Origin: a virus
Taxonomy: Duplodnaviria > Caudoviricetes
DNA: 37,910 nt
Strand: one strand, 5' to 3'
IMG/VR virus record: IMGVR_UViG_3300017650_000008
Span: 1 to 37,910 of that record
The position numbers were made by a program, and so were the translations under genes. How positions within the stretch are numbered: the stretch's first letter is position 1; every line of letters starts with the position of its first letter. Shown piece after piece: positions 16,595 to 26,040 of the stretch. Below the pieces are notes generated by a model. The model was not told the DNA's origin. It worked only from the letters and a program-made list of their open reading frames with translations, and searched no databases.

Positions 16595-18615
16595 TGGCGC
16601 GGCGGGCACGCAGCGCGGGCGATCTCGCGCAGTTTCAGGGAACCGGCCAGGTTGCCGGCGACCTGCCGAGAATGCCGGTCGACGATGGCTCTGATTGGAC
16701 CAAAGTCGCCTCGGTGTTCGCGGGCCTGTCCAATCAGCTCGGTTCGCTCGCCGATGCCGCCGCGCTGCGCGAGGGCCAGGCCGAGGGGCTGGAAAAGGGC
16801 ATGAAGGCCAGCCTGCCCAATGCCGGCGGCGAGCCCGTGCCGCTGGCGTTGCGGCGCGACGGCACGATCTCCGGCGAGGCGTCCGACAAGGCTGCGATCG
16901 CGACCTTTGCGCAGCGGCTCGATATCGGGCTGCGGTCGGAAATCGCGGCAGCGCATGACAGCCTGAAAGGCGATCCGGCGGCGCTGATCGGGCGGCTGAA
17001 CGAAATTCAGGCGACTTATGACGCCGATATCAATGCAGGGTCCGACCCGCGGCTCCGCGCGGCGCTGCAGATGCGGTTCGAGCAGGCCACGGCGACCTAC
17101 AAGCTCGACGCCGCCTGGCAGCGTGAACGGGCGCTGATCCAAGAGCGTAACACCACGACGCGCACGGCGCTGGCGGGCCAGCGGCAGGATATCGAGCGCC
17201 AGGCCTATATCCTCGGCGCCAACCCGGCCGGCGACAAGCTGCTCGCGCAACAGGTCGAGCAAGGCGATCGCGAGGTCGATGCGGCTGCGGCCGAGGGCGT
17301 CATCACGCCGGCCGAGCAGGTCGAGGAAAAAGCCAGGCGGCGCACGGCGGCGCTGACCGCCAAGGTACGCGGTGCGTTCGATGCGATCGAGGACCCGGCC
17401 GCGCAGGAACGCTTCGCCGCCAAACTGTCCGAGGACTGGGAAAACAAAAAGGGCGCGATCTCTGTTCTGGACAAGGATACCGCCGACACCCTGGCAGGCG
17501 AGCTCATGACCACGGCGCGCCGGCGTCAGGCCGAGCGCCAGGCTGAAACCGGCATCTCGCGCGCGGATCTCGCGCGCAAGCTCGACCAGGACGTCGCTAA
17601 CCTTCGCGCCACCGGCCAGCCGATGGCGTTCGATGGCGGGCCGCTGCAGCCGGCAGACGTGGCCAGGGTGCTCGGCGCCGACCGCGCTGCGGAATGGGCG
17701 GTGGCCCGCAACCAGGCGCGCAAGGTCTATGCCGCCACGGCCGATTTCGGGTCCATGTCGGCCGAGGCGATCGCCGGGCGTCTCGCCGGCCTCGACGATG
17801 GCCGCAACCCGGAACTGGCGGCCGAGGTTCGGGCCGAGGCGGAGCGGGTGCTCGACGCCCGCCGGCGCGATCCGGCCGGCGCCGTCGACGGTGCGTTCAA
17901 CCAGGTGCAGGCCGCCAAGCTTGCGCTCAACCCGGAAAATCCCGCGACCTACCAGGCGCTGGCCGACGCCCGGGTGAACGCGCAGGAAGCGGTCGGCGTC
18001 CCCGACCTTGCCCGCCAGCCACTGACGGAAGCCGAGGCGCGGGCGCTGGTCGGCCCGGTTCTCGCGGCCGCGCCAGATCAACGTGTCAAGGTGCTGCAGG
18101 GCGTTCTGACGGATGTCGAGCGTCGCTATGGCCCGCATGCCGATGCGGTCACGGCGCAGCTGCTGCACCAGGCCGGCGTCGACAGTGGTAGCGCAACCGC
18201 CAGCGCCGGCCTGCTGCGCCGCATCGGCGCCGGCGGTCGGCCATCGGCGGCCGATGCGCGCGCCGTCGACGTAGCCACGGAAACCCGGATGGCGGAGCAG
18301 GCTTTCCTGGTCGGCCGGCTCGGTTCCGACCCGGTGCTCGACAGCGTCGACCCCGCGCCGCAGGCCGGCGCGATCGCGGCCCCGCAGACGCAATCGCCGG
18401 GCGCGGCTCCCGCCAAGCCCAAAGCGCTGCCGCCGCCGCGGCCGAGCAGCCGCGCGCTGGAGATGCTGCGGCAGCGGCCGGACCTGGCGCCGAAATTCGA
18501 TGAGATGTTCGGGGCGGGCCAAGCCGAATATTACCGCGGTATCATGTCGAACGTGCCCGCCGCTGCCGGTCGGACGACGATCAATCCAGACGGTTCGGAG
18601 AATTGGGAACCATGA
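16594..18615 (+). CDS. Internal virion (ejection) protein 2, T7 gp15-like, 673 aa
   Basis: Long Ala-rich helical protein in the ejectosome position. Confidence 0.7.
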   Translation: MARRARSAGDLAQFQGTGQVAGDLPRMPVDDGSDWTKVASVFAGLSNQLGSLADAAALREGQAEGLEKGMKASLPNAGGEPVPLALRRDGTISGEASDKAAIATFAQRLDIGLRSEIAAAHDSLKGDPAALIGRLNEIQATYDADINAGSDPRLRAALQMRFEQATATYKLDAAWQRERALIQERNTTTRTALAGQRQDIERQAYILGANPAGDKLLAQQVEQGDREVDAAAAEGVITPAEQVEEKARRRTAALTAKVRGAFDAIEDPAAQERFAAKLSEDWENKKGAISVLDKDTADTLAGELMTTARRRQAERQAETGISRADLARKLDQDVANLRATGQPMAFDGGPLQPADVARVLGADRAAEWAVARNQARKVYAATADFGSMSAEAIAGRLAGLDDGRNPELAAEVRAEAERVLDARRRDPAGAVDGAFNQVQAAKLALNPENPATYQALADARVNAQEAVGVPDLARQPLTEAEARALVGPVLAAAPDQRVKVLQGVLTDVERRYGPHADAVTAQLLHQAGVDSGSATASAGLLRRIGAGGRPSAADARAVDVATETRMAEQAFLVGRLGSDPVLDSVDPAPQAGAIAAPQTQSPGAAPAKPKALPPPRPSSRALEMLRQRPDLAPKFDEMFGAGQAEYYRGIMSNVPAAAGRTTINPDGSENWEP

Positions 18616-21600
18616 ACGGCGCGGAACCAAACCCGTTCGCGGATCTGGCCGAACCGGAGCAGAGCGCCGCCGGGCCGGCCGCGAAGGCGCCAGGCGCCAA
18701 TCCGTTCGCGGACCTGGTCGACACCACGCCCGGGCAGGATCTTCGCGCCAGCCCGACGCCGAGCATCTGGGCGGCTGCGTTCGGCGGCGGCGGGCAGGAT
18801 GATCCCGGCTCGCTCGGCGAGCGTTTCATGCTCAACATGGAAAGCGCGCAGCGTGGCGGCACGCTTGCCGGCGCGGTCGCGGACGGCCTGCAGCGCGTCG
18901 CCGGCGCCGAGCGCGAAGCATCCTTCAAGGCGCAATATGAAAACCTGACGCAATGGCAGACGCCGCTCGAGGGCGTGGTGGCGTTTTCGGGCCAGCTGTT
19001 CGGCGGCATGGCGGCGCCGGAGAATTTCGTGCCGATCGGCGCCGGCGCCAAGATCGTCGAAGCGGCCGGCGGCAAGATCACGGGCGTGCTCGCCAGGGTG
19101 TTCGCCGGCGCGACCGATGCCGCGATCACCAATGCCGTGATCGACACGGGCGTGCAGCTCACGCAGATGGCCACGGGCGGCCGCGAGGAATTTTCGCCGA
19201 AGCAGCTGGCACTCTCGACCGGCGCCGGCGTGGTTGCCGGCGGCGCGTTCGGCGCGGCGTTCGGCCGTGAGGGCTCCACTGCCGCGCGTGCCGCCGAAGC
19301 GGGCACGCCGGAACCGCGCCCTGCGCCGGAACGGCCGCCAGGCCTGCCGGATGATCCGGTGCCTGTCCCCGAGCCTGTGCTGGCATCGGTCGGTCGCGCG
19401 CCACCGCCCGAGGGCGTGACGATCGTCGCCGATGACACGCCGCTCGGTCCAGTTGCCGAAGGGTTTTCCGGCCGCTGGCGCGAGGCCGTGGACTGGTTGA
19501 AAGGCAATGAAGGCGGCGACGCCCGCGCCGCTCTAAACCATCCCGAAGTTGGGCCGATCGACGTGATCTGGGGGGATGAGCGGCTCGGGCTCGCCAAGAT
19601 CGTCGCCCGGCATCCCGAGGTGCTCGACGATCTGCCGGAGCGGCTGTCGCGCATGAAAGTCGAAAGCCGGTCCGACAACCGCATCATCCTGGATGACCCC
19701 GACACGCGGGCGGTGGTGCGGCTGGACTATGACGGCGAAGCCAAGACCTGGCTGATGACGGCTTATGATGTCAGTGCGCGTCGCCGGCGCACCGGGGGTA
19801 CTACCGAGCGCCCCGGTGGTCGCCAGGAAGACACGTCCTCCTCCTCGCCGGCGGACGATAATCTAGCGTCTGTGGCTCGAAACGTCGAGGCCTTGCCCGA
19901 TGATCTCGGCGGAACGCCGCGCGACTTCCTCGCATCCTCCATGACGTTCCGCCCTCGCGGCGCGCTGCGCAGGCCGGATGCCGGCATTGCCGCGCCGGAC
20001 GCCGAGCTGCCCGCGGCCGTGCGGCTGCGCGACGTCGGTAACGAGCTGGTGGCGGCGCTCGATCCGGCGGCCGTGCGGCAGGGGCGGTTCACAGTGCGCG
20101 GCGGCAAGGGCGGCAAGGTGATGGGCCAGTATTCGCCCGGCACCGGCGTGGTGCGCGTCCGCAATATCGACGATTTCGAGACTTTGACGCATGAGCTCGG
20201 CCACCATGTCGAGATCGCGATCGGCAAGCCGGTGCAGCAGCTGATGCAGACGCATGCCGCCGAGCTGCTGCCGATGGCCTATCCGGGCGCGGCGCCCAGG
20301 GCGAAGCTCAAAGAGGGTTTCGCGGAATATATGCGGCTGCGCGTAACAAATCCTCCCTACGCGGCCAAATACGCGCCGACCTTCAACGCTGCGCTCGATG
20401 CCCTGCTCGCCAAGGATCATGGCGACATGGCCGCGGCGCTGGCAAAGGCGAGCGAGGCCTATGGGCAATTTCTGCAGCAGCCGTCGCGGGCCGCGGTCGG
20501 CTCGACGATCGTCTCGAACAAGCGGCCGAGCTGGTGGGAGAAGGCCGGCGACGACTTCGAAACGCTGGGCGTGCGCGGCACGATCGCCGATTGGCTCGGC
20601 CGCGCCTACACCATGCTGGTCGATGATCTCAACCCGATGCAGCGCGGCGTGCGCATGCTGGCGGCGATCCACCAGGCCAATACCGGCCGAGCGCTCGATC
20701 TCAAGGTTGCCGACGATCCCTATAAGCTGCTGCGCATGATCCGCGGCGCCGGCGGCGCGGGGCATATGGACGTGATGTACGGCGTCCATTCCTATGGCTC
20801 CTTCCAGCCGGGCAGCGCCAGCCTGCGCGATGCGCTTGTCGAGGCGGTCGGCGCGCCCAGCATGTTCGGCAAGCTCGAGGATCAGGGCCTGAAAGACTTC
20901 GGCTCCTATCTGTGGTCACGCCGGGCACTCGGCGAATGGGAGCGGTTCCGCGCCGGCGAGATCCCCAATCCGCCGGATAAGCTGACCGCAGGCGATCACG
21001 CCGTCACCGTGGCCGAATTTGAAAAGTCAAACCCGGCCTTCGTCACGGCCGCCGAAAAGGTCCATGACTGGTCACGCGCGCTTTGGACCAAGAAATACCA
21101 GGCGGGCCTGATCTCGCGCGAGCAATGGGAAAACGGCCTCAACATCAAAGATTATGTGCCGGGCCTGCGCCATTTCGATCCGGAGGAAGCCGCCACCAAG
21201 GGTGGGCAACCGCGCTCGGCCAAGGCCGACCAGGTCAAGCGGTTTCGCGGTTCCTCGCGCGATGTCGTCAACCCGATTGAGAGCCTGCTGGCCGACGCCT
21301 ATGAAACGTCGATCGCGATTGCGCGCAATGACGCGGTGCGCGCGCTCGACCGCCTGGCGCGCCGTGCCGGCAATGGCAGCGGCCGCATCGCCGAGCGTAT
21401 TCCGAGCCACCAGCTCAAGGCCACGTCGGTCGATCCGCTCGAGGCGATCGACAGCGCCGGCAAAGCCGCGGGCCTATCGGCGATCGACCGCATCATGCTG
21501 CGCGACGCGGCCGAGGCCGGCCTGGGCGATGCCAAGGCCACCATCTTCCGCCCGGCCGTGATCAACGAAAAGGGCGAGCCGATCCTGTTCTTTCGCGATG

Positions 21601-23600
21601 GCGGCGAGCTGCGCGCGCTGCGCCTCGCCGATGGGGATTTCGGTCGCGAGATGCTGGTGAATTTCGAGATGGCGCCGGCCCGAGTGGCGGATATTTTCAT
21701 TCACGCCGGCGCCAAGGCATCGGGGCTGCTGCGCACGGGCATTACAACCTCGCCCGACTTCCTGATCGCCAATCTGGCGCGCGACGTCATGACGTCGATG
21801 ATCTTCTATGGCCGGCCGTTCCATCGCCTGGCGCAGACCGCGCGCGGGATGGGCGACGAGATCTTTTCCGGCGAGGCGGCCCGGCAGTACAATGCGGCCG
21901 CCGGCATCATGGGCGGCGCCAATACCGCGGCGTTGCGGGATGCCAGCCTGACGCGGGACCTGCAGGCGTTGTCGAAAAAGGGCTATGCCGCACAGCGCCT
22001 CACCAGCGCCAAAGGCCTGCTCGAGCTAACCGAGCTCGCCGAAACCGGCCAGCGCATTGGCCTGTTCAAGACCTTTGTCGACGAGGCCAAAGCGCGGGGG
22101 CTGTCCGAGCACGATGCCGTGCTCGAGGCGGCCTGGCGCGCCCGCGATTATATCGACTTCGATCGACATGGGTCGCAGCTCGATGCGTTCCGCCGCCTGG
22201 TCCCGTTCTTCAATGCCGCGATCCAGGGCTTCGACAAGGGCGCGCGCCAGATGATCGCGCCGCTGGTGCGCCGTGGTGAGAAACGTGTGCTGGCCGAAGA
22301 CAGTCGGGCGGCGGCCGAAGCGACCAAGGCGTGGGGCCGGTTGTCGGTGCTCGGCGGCGCCGGCTTCGCCTGGCATGCGCTGATGAGCCAGGATGAAGAT
22401 TATCGCGAGCTTTCGCCCTCAACGCGCGCCACCCATTGGGCGATCAAGATCGGCGGCAAGTTCGCGGTGATCCCCAAGCCTTACGAGGCGATCCCGTTCC
22501 TGTCGGCGCTCGAGGCGGGATGGGATGCGCTGGCGCTGCGCGATGCACGCTGGACGGAAAGCTTTCGCGAGGCACTGTTCACGGCCATGCCGCCCTCGGT
22601 GCTCGAGGGCAATCCGATCATCAAGACCTATTTCGAGCTGCAGGGAAACACCAACAGTTTCACCGGCGCGCCGATCGTGCCGGAAAACCTGCAGGGCCTC
22701 GAGCCCCGATTGCAATACACGGCGCGCACCTCGGCATTCGCCAAGGCGCTGGGCGGGGTGATCAACTGGCCGCCGGCCAAAATCGACCATGTGGTGATGA
22801 ACCATCTCGGCAGCTGGGGGCGCGGCCTGCTCGCGATGTCCGACCTCGCCAGCGGCGAAAAGCCGGCGCTCGGCTGGGACGATGCGCCGTTCACGCAGCG
22901 GTTCATCAAGGACGCCTCGAAGGGCAGCCGGTCGACCCGTGCCTTTTGGGATCAGATGTCGCAGAAAGGCGGGAAGTTCGAGCAGGCGGCGCAGAGCTAT
23001 CGCTATTTGATGAACGCCGGTGATGAGTCCGGCGCGAGCAGCTACCTCGCCAATCTCGAGGCGCCCGCGCGGGCCTATGTCGCCGTGTCGATGATGGATG
23101 CCTCGGTACGGCGCATGCACCCGATGGTGCGAGCGCGCGATGCCGTGACGGCGATCAGCGCGTTGCGGCGCGAGGTTTCGTTCAATCGAGCGCGCGGCGC
23201 CGATGGCGAGGTGACATTGACGCGCGCGCAGCGCCAGGCGGCCGACGACATTCTTGGCGATCTCTCGATGGCCGAGGCGCGCAATGCGCTTGTGGCGGTC
23301 AAGGAGCGGGGATATGGCAATCGGCAGCCCGTCGATACCTCGACCTATCTGCGCGAGCTCGAGGCGGTATCCCCGGAGCTGCTCGCCGTGCTTGGTGATC
23401 GATACACCACTGCCAAAGTCGCGCCGGGGGCGGCCGTCGCCGACGCCTGGCGGGAGCTTGAGCCGCGCGTGCTGCGCGATGGAACGGCCGCCCAGACGTT
23501 GGACTTGGTCCACCAGATGAATGTTGCCGGCTTCGAGCTTTCCGGGCGCCGCATAAAACCGCGGGCGAAGCCTGCCGTGCCCGGCCGCCCGAACGGTTGA
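18612..23600 (+). CDS. Large ejection/polyvalent protein (~1662 aa): PBECR-type RNase domain, HExxH zincin motif, C-terminal LPD38-like domain
   Basis: NPFADL repeated twice at the N-terminus. GPIDVIWG..GLAKIVARHPE..TWLMTAYD at ~19420-19770. THELGHH...EGFAE from ~20190. IPKPYE..NSFTGAPIVP..PAKIDH at ~22400-22920. Confidence 0.82.
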   Translation: MNGAEPNPFADLAEPEQSAAGPAAKAPGANPFADLVDTTPGQDLRASPTPSIWAAAFGGGGQDDPGSLGERFMLNMESAQRGGTLAGAVADGLQRVAGAEREASFKAQYENLTQWQTPLEGVVAFSGQLFGGMAAPENFVPIGAGAKIVEAAGGKITGVLARVFAGATDAAITNAVIDTGVQLTQMATGGREEFSPKQLALSTGAGVVAGGAFGAAFGREGSTAARAAEAGTPEPRPAPERPPGLPDDPVPVPEPVLASVGRAPPPEGVTIVADDTPLGPVAEGFSGRWREAVDWLKGNEGGDARAALNHPEVGPIDVIWGDERLGLAKIVARHPEVLDDLPERLSRMKVESRSDNRIILDDPDTRAVVRLDYDGEAKTWLMTAYDVSARRRRTGGTTERPGGRQEDTSSSSPADDNLASVARNVEALPDDLGGTPRDFLASSMTFRPRGALRRPDAGIAAPDAELPAAVRLRDVGNELVAALDPAAVRQGRFTVRGGKGGKVMGQYSPGTGVVRVRNIDDFETLTHELGHHVEIAIGKPVQQLMQTHAAELLPMAYPGAAPRAKLKEGFAEYMRLRVTNPPYAAKYAPTFNAALDALLAKDHGDMAAALAKASEAYGQFLQQPSRAAVGSTIVSNKRPSWWEKAGDDFETLGVRGTIADWLGRAYTMLVDDLNPMQRGVRMLAAIHQANTGRALDLKVADDPYKLLRMIRGAGGAGHMDVMYGVHSYGSFQPGSASLRDALVEAVGAPSMFGKLEDQGLKDFGSYLWSRRALGEWERFRAGEIPNPPDKLTAGDHAVTVAEFEKSNPAFVTAAEKVHDWSRALWTKKYQAGLISREQWENGLNIKDYVPGLRHFDPEEAATKGGQPRSAKADQVKRFRGSSRDVVNPIESLLADAYETSIAIARNDAVRALDRLARRAGNGSGRIAERIPSHQLKATSVDPLEAIDSAGKAAGLSAIDRIMLRDAAEAGLGDAKATIFRPAVINEKGEPILFFRDGGELRALRLADGDFGREMLVNFEMAPARVADIFIHAGAKASGLLRTGITTSPDFLIANLARDVMTSMIFYGRPFHRLAQTARGMGDEIFSGEAARQYNAAAGIMGGANTAALRDASLTRDLQALSKKGYAAQRLTSAKGLLELTELAETGQRIGLFKTFVDEAKARGLSEHDAVLEAAWRARDYIDFDRHGSQLDAFRRLVPFFNAAIQGFDKGARQMIAPLVRRGEKRVLAEDSRAAAEATKAWGRLSVLGGAGFAWHALMSQDEDYRELSPSTRATHWAIKIGGKFAVIPKPYEAIPFLSALEAGWDALALRDARWTESFREALFTAMPPSVLEGNPIIKTYFELQGNTNSFTGAPIVPENLQGLEPRLQYTARTSAFAKALGGVINWPPAKIDHVVMNHLGSWGRGLLAMSDLASGEKPALGWDDAPFTQRFIKDASKGSRSTRAFWDQMSQKGGKFEQAAQSYRYLMNAGDESGASSYLANLEAPARAYVAVSMMDASVRRMHPMVRARDAVTAISALRREVSFNRARGADGEVTLTRAQRQAADDILGDLSMAEARNALVAVKERGYGNRQPVDTSTYLRELEAVSPELLAVLGDRYTTAKVAPGAAVADAWRELEPRVLRDGTAAQTLDLVHQMNVAGFELSGRRIKPRAKPAVPGRPNG
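19780..19856 (-). ncRNA. Predicted ~75-nt antisense structured RNA (three-way junction) inside the polyvalent gene
   Basis: Outer stem 19780-19789/19846-19856; hairpins 19790-19797/19811-19818 and 19825-19831/19836-19842. The latter has a G-U pair only on the minus strand. A promoter lies immediately upstream. Confidence 0.55.
19860..19888 (-). promoter_or_regulatory. Sigma70-like antisense promoter TCGACG-N17-TAGATT
   Basis: -35 at 19888-19883 and -10 at 19865-19860. The predicted +1 (~19853) falls at the 5' arm of the RNA stem. Confidence 0.55.
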
Positions 23601-23623
23601 CCGGGGCCGGCGGCCGCCATCAT
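23593..23623 (+). promoter_or_regulatory. Putative late promoter 4 (ACGGTTGACC-N15-CATCAT); probably gives a leaderless tailspike mRNA
   Basis: Motif copy; 7 nt separate the -10 from ATG 23631, and there is no SD sequence. Confidence 0.65.
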
Positions 23624-23630
23624 CGGCGGC

Positions 23631-25397
23631 ATGTCGGCTATCCTGCCCATCACACCCAATCTGCGCGTCTCGGGGCCGTATACGGCAACCGCGGGGCAGA
23701 CCGTATTCAGCTACAATTTCCCGGTGCAGCTCGCCGAGGACGTGCTGGTGCGCCGCACGCGCGACGATGAGACGGTCGAGCTTGTTCGTGGCATTGACTA
23801 CGCCATCACGGGCATTTTCAACCCGGCCGGCGGCGCCATCGTGCTGGCCGACGAGGCCGAGGAAGACGACGAAATCGAGATCCGCGGCCATATCGTGCTG
23901 ACGCGGACCTCGAGCGTGGCGCGGGAAGGGCGCTTCAAGAGCCGCCCGGTCGACGATGATCTCGACCGCATCGTGATGGCACAGCAGGAAATCCGGCGCG
24001 ACATGCTGGATCTCGCCCTGGGCGATCTCAACGTGGTGCTGGCCACCGACCAGGACGCGGTCGATGGCGTCGGCGTTGGCCTGACGACGGCAGCCCAGGT
24101 CCGCAAGGCGATCGAGGGGCTGAACTTCCTGATTACAGGGGCGGTGTCGCCCAGCGACCTGCCCGACCTGATCGCGCGCCACGGCCTCACGCCCTATGAT
24201 TGCGGGGCAGTCGGCGCTGGCGCGGAGGAAAGCGGCTGCTTCAACGCGATGATCGACCGCCTGATTTCGAACGGCGGCGGCACAGCGATTATCCCGCCCG
24301 CGCAGTCCGGCCATGACTGGCGGGTCGGTCTGCCTATCGTCATGCACAAGTCCGGGCATGCGGGCTCGTACCTGAATTTCTATGGCCTTGGCGACAAGGT
24401 GCGCATTGCGCGCCCTGGTACGACCGGCGATGCATTCCAGATCGGCGACGGCACCAATCCGATCTATTACGTGCAGATCGCGAACGTTTATCTGTATTCG
24501 CCAGACGTTCGTGTATCCGGTATCGATTTTCGTTTGATCAAGGCCAACAAGGTCAAGCTTTCAAACATTGTTACAGACGGAACCTATTACGGATTGTACG
24601 GCGAGGATCTGAATACGGTCTACGGCGAGCGTATCGATTTCAATATGCCCAATCAGACCAATGGAGCGGGTCTGAAAGTATTTTCTGATCCGGGTGGTAG
24701 CGGGCGTACTGACATCGTCAAGTTCGATGAGCTCACAGTGCAGGCCTACAACGCCGGCTCGACGGGCATGATCATTGAGGGTCGCGTGGCCGGCTTTCAC
24801 GCGGACGGCGCCTACATGCTTGGCGTGGAGCGTGGCCTGCAACTCGTCTCCGAGAGCGACGCGCTCGCCGACATTCCGCAGTTTTGCGACTTCAACAAGC
24901 TGGAGGTCGACCGCGCCACTGATTGCTCGCTCGCGCTGGACAAGGGTTATCGTACGGAGTTCCGCCGCTGCGATCTGTCAAATACCTCGGGCGCAATGGA
25001 CGTACCTTATCCGCAGGGAAGCGAGGACGGTACGACAGCGCAGATCAACGAGGGGGCGATCGACACCAAGATCACGGCCGGCCGGATCGGCAATTCCCAG
25101 GAGGCGGCCCTGGCGTTCGCGGGCGACGGCCTGCGGGTAGTCGGTACGACCTTCAATGACGCTTCGAAGGCCGGGGTGGGTGATTTCCCGCTGATCTATA
25201 TCGGTGCCACGGCAAAGAACTTCGCTTTCCAGAGTGCGCTTTGCGAGGGTTACGACCGCACATCCCACGCATTTTCTATCGAGAGCGGCGCCAATACCGG
25301 CTGGATACTCGACACCTCCTACAAAGACATGGTGACGGGCTTCAACAATGGGACCGGCACCAACGTCACGATCTCCGGCCAAAAGGAGGCGCCATGA
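23631..25397 (+). CDS. Tail fibre/tailspike: T7 gp17-like N-terminal anchor plus beta-helix (pectin-lyase-like) body
   Basis: YTATAGQTVFSYNF and DDDLDRIVMAQQE anchor motifs; TPYDCGAVG...GGGTAIIP beta-helix entry motif. Confidence 0.85.
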   Translation: MSAILPITPNLRVSGPYTATAGQTVFSYNFPVQLAEDVLVRRTRDDETVELVRGIDYAITGIFNPAGGAIVLADEAEEDDEIEIRGHIVLTRTSSVAREGRFKSRPVDDDLDRIVMAQQEIRRDMLDLALGDLNVVLATDQDAVDGVGVGLTTAAQVRKAIEGLNFLITGAVSPSDLPDLIARHGLTPYDCGAVGAGAEESGCFNAMIDRLISNGGGTAIIPPAQSGHDWRVGLPIVMHKSGHAGSYLNFYGLGDKVRIARPGTTGDAFQIGDGTNPIYYVQIANVYLYSPDVRVSGIDFRLIKANKVKLSNIVTDGTYYGLYGEDLNTVYGERIDFNMPNQTNGAGLKVFSDPGGSGRTDIVKFDELTVQAYNAGSTGMIIEGRVAGFHADGAYMLGVERGLQLVSESDALADIPQFCDFNKLEVDRATDCSLALDKGYRTEFRRCDLSNTSGAMDVPYPQGSEDGTTAQINEGAIDTKITAGRIGNSQEAALAFAGDGLRVVGTTFNDASKAGVGDFPLIYIGATAKNFAFQSALCEGYDRTSHAFSIESGANTGWILDTSYKDMVTGFNNGTGTNVTISGQKEAP

Positions 25398-25831
25398 CAC
25401 GGATGATGTCCCGCGGCTCGGGCACTCGGGCATTCGAGTTCAAGCCGGAAACCACGGCCGCGATGGCCGCGCGTGAGGCAGCCACCCTGCCGCGTGCTCC
25501 CAAGCGTGCGCCCGGCCGCGACGTCCTGGTGGTGCGCGACGGTGTCGTGACCGGCATCAACTATGACTGTTCGGGCGATCCGGCCGAGGGCGAGCTTTAT
25601 CTGTCGCCGGCCGTCTACAGCGAGGCCGAGATCCGCCAGCCGCTGCCCTGGCCGCGTGCCTGGCGCGGTCGCCTGCTGGCCGAAACCGATTTCTGGGAGC
25701 TGCCCAGCGTGCGGGCGGCCGCCGGCTCGGTTCGCAACGAGGCCCGCGATGCCTGGCGCGCCGCGCTGCGCGATCTGCCGGAAACCTGCCCGGACCCGTG
25801 GGACGTCACTTTGCCGGAGCGGCCGGAATGA
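25394..25831 (+). CDS. Tail fibre assembly chaperone
   Basis: WRGRLLAETDF...AWRAALRDLP...VTLPERP motif; AAGGAGG RBS. Confidence 0.75.
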   Translation: MTRMMSRGSGTRAFEFKPETTAAMAAREAATLPRAPKRAPGRDVLVVRDGVVTGINYDCSGDPAEGELYLSPAVYSEAEIRQPLPWPRAWRGRLLAETDFWELPSVRAAAGSVRNEARDAWRAALRDLPETCPDPWDVTLPERPE

Positions 25832-26040
25832 AGCTCGCCGCCGACTGGCCGGAGATCGTCAAGCGCGCTTGGAGCTTCCGCATCGTGGCGGCTGCCGCGC
25901 TGCTGTCCGGGCTCGAGGTGGCGCTGCAGCTGATCGGCGAAAGCCTGCCGGTGTCGCGATGGCACCTGGCCGTCGTGATGTTCGGCGTCACAGCCTCGGC
26001 GCTGGTGGCGCGCGTGGTTGCGCAAAGGAACCTGGGCTGA
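25828..26040 (+). CDS. Putative holin (2 TM)
   Basis: MKLAADW..KRAWS..ARVVAQ pattern; directly before the endolysin. Confidence 0.75.
   Translation: MKLAADWPEIVKRAWSFRIVAAAALLSGLEVALQLIGESLPVSRWHLAVVMFGVTASALVARVVAQRNLG

Noticed and set aside
2616-24359. Long antisense ORFs (e.g. 2616-4319, 8771-10465, 16465-18630, 22419-24359)
   Set aside because: These are shadow ORFs opposite well-supported genes, expected in high-GC DNA, with no recognisable motifs.
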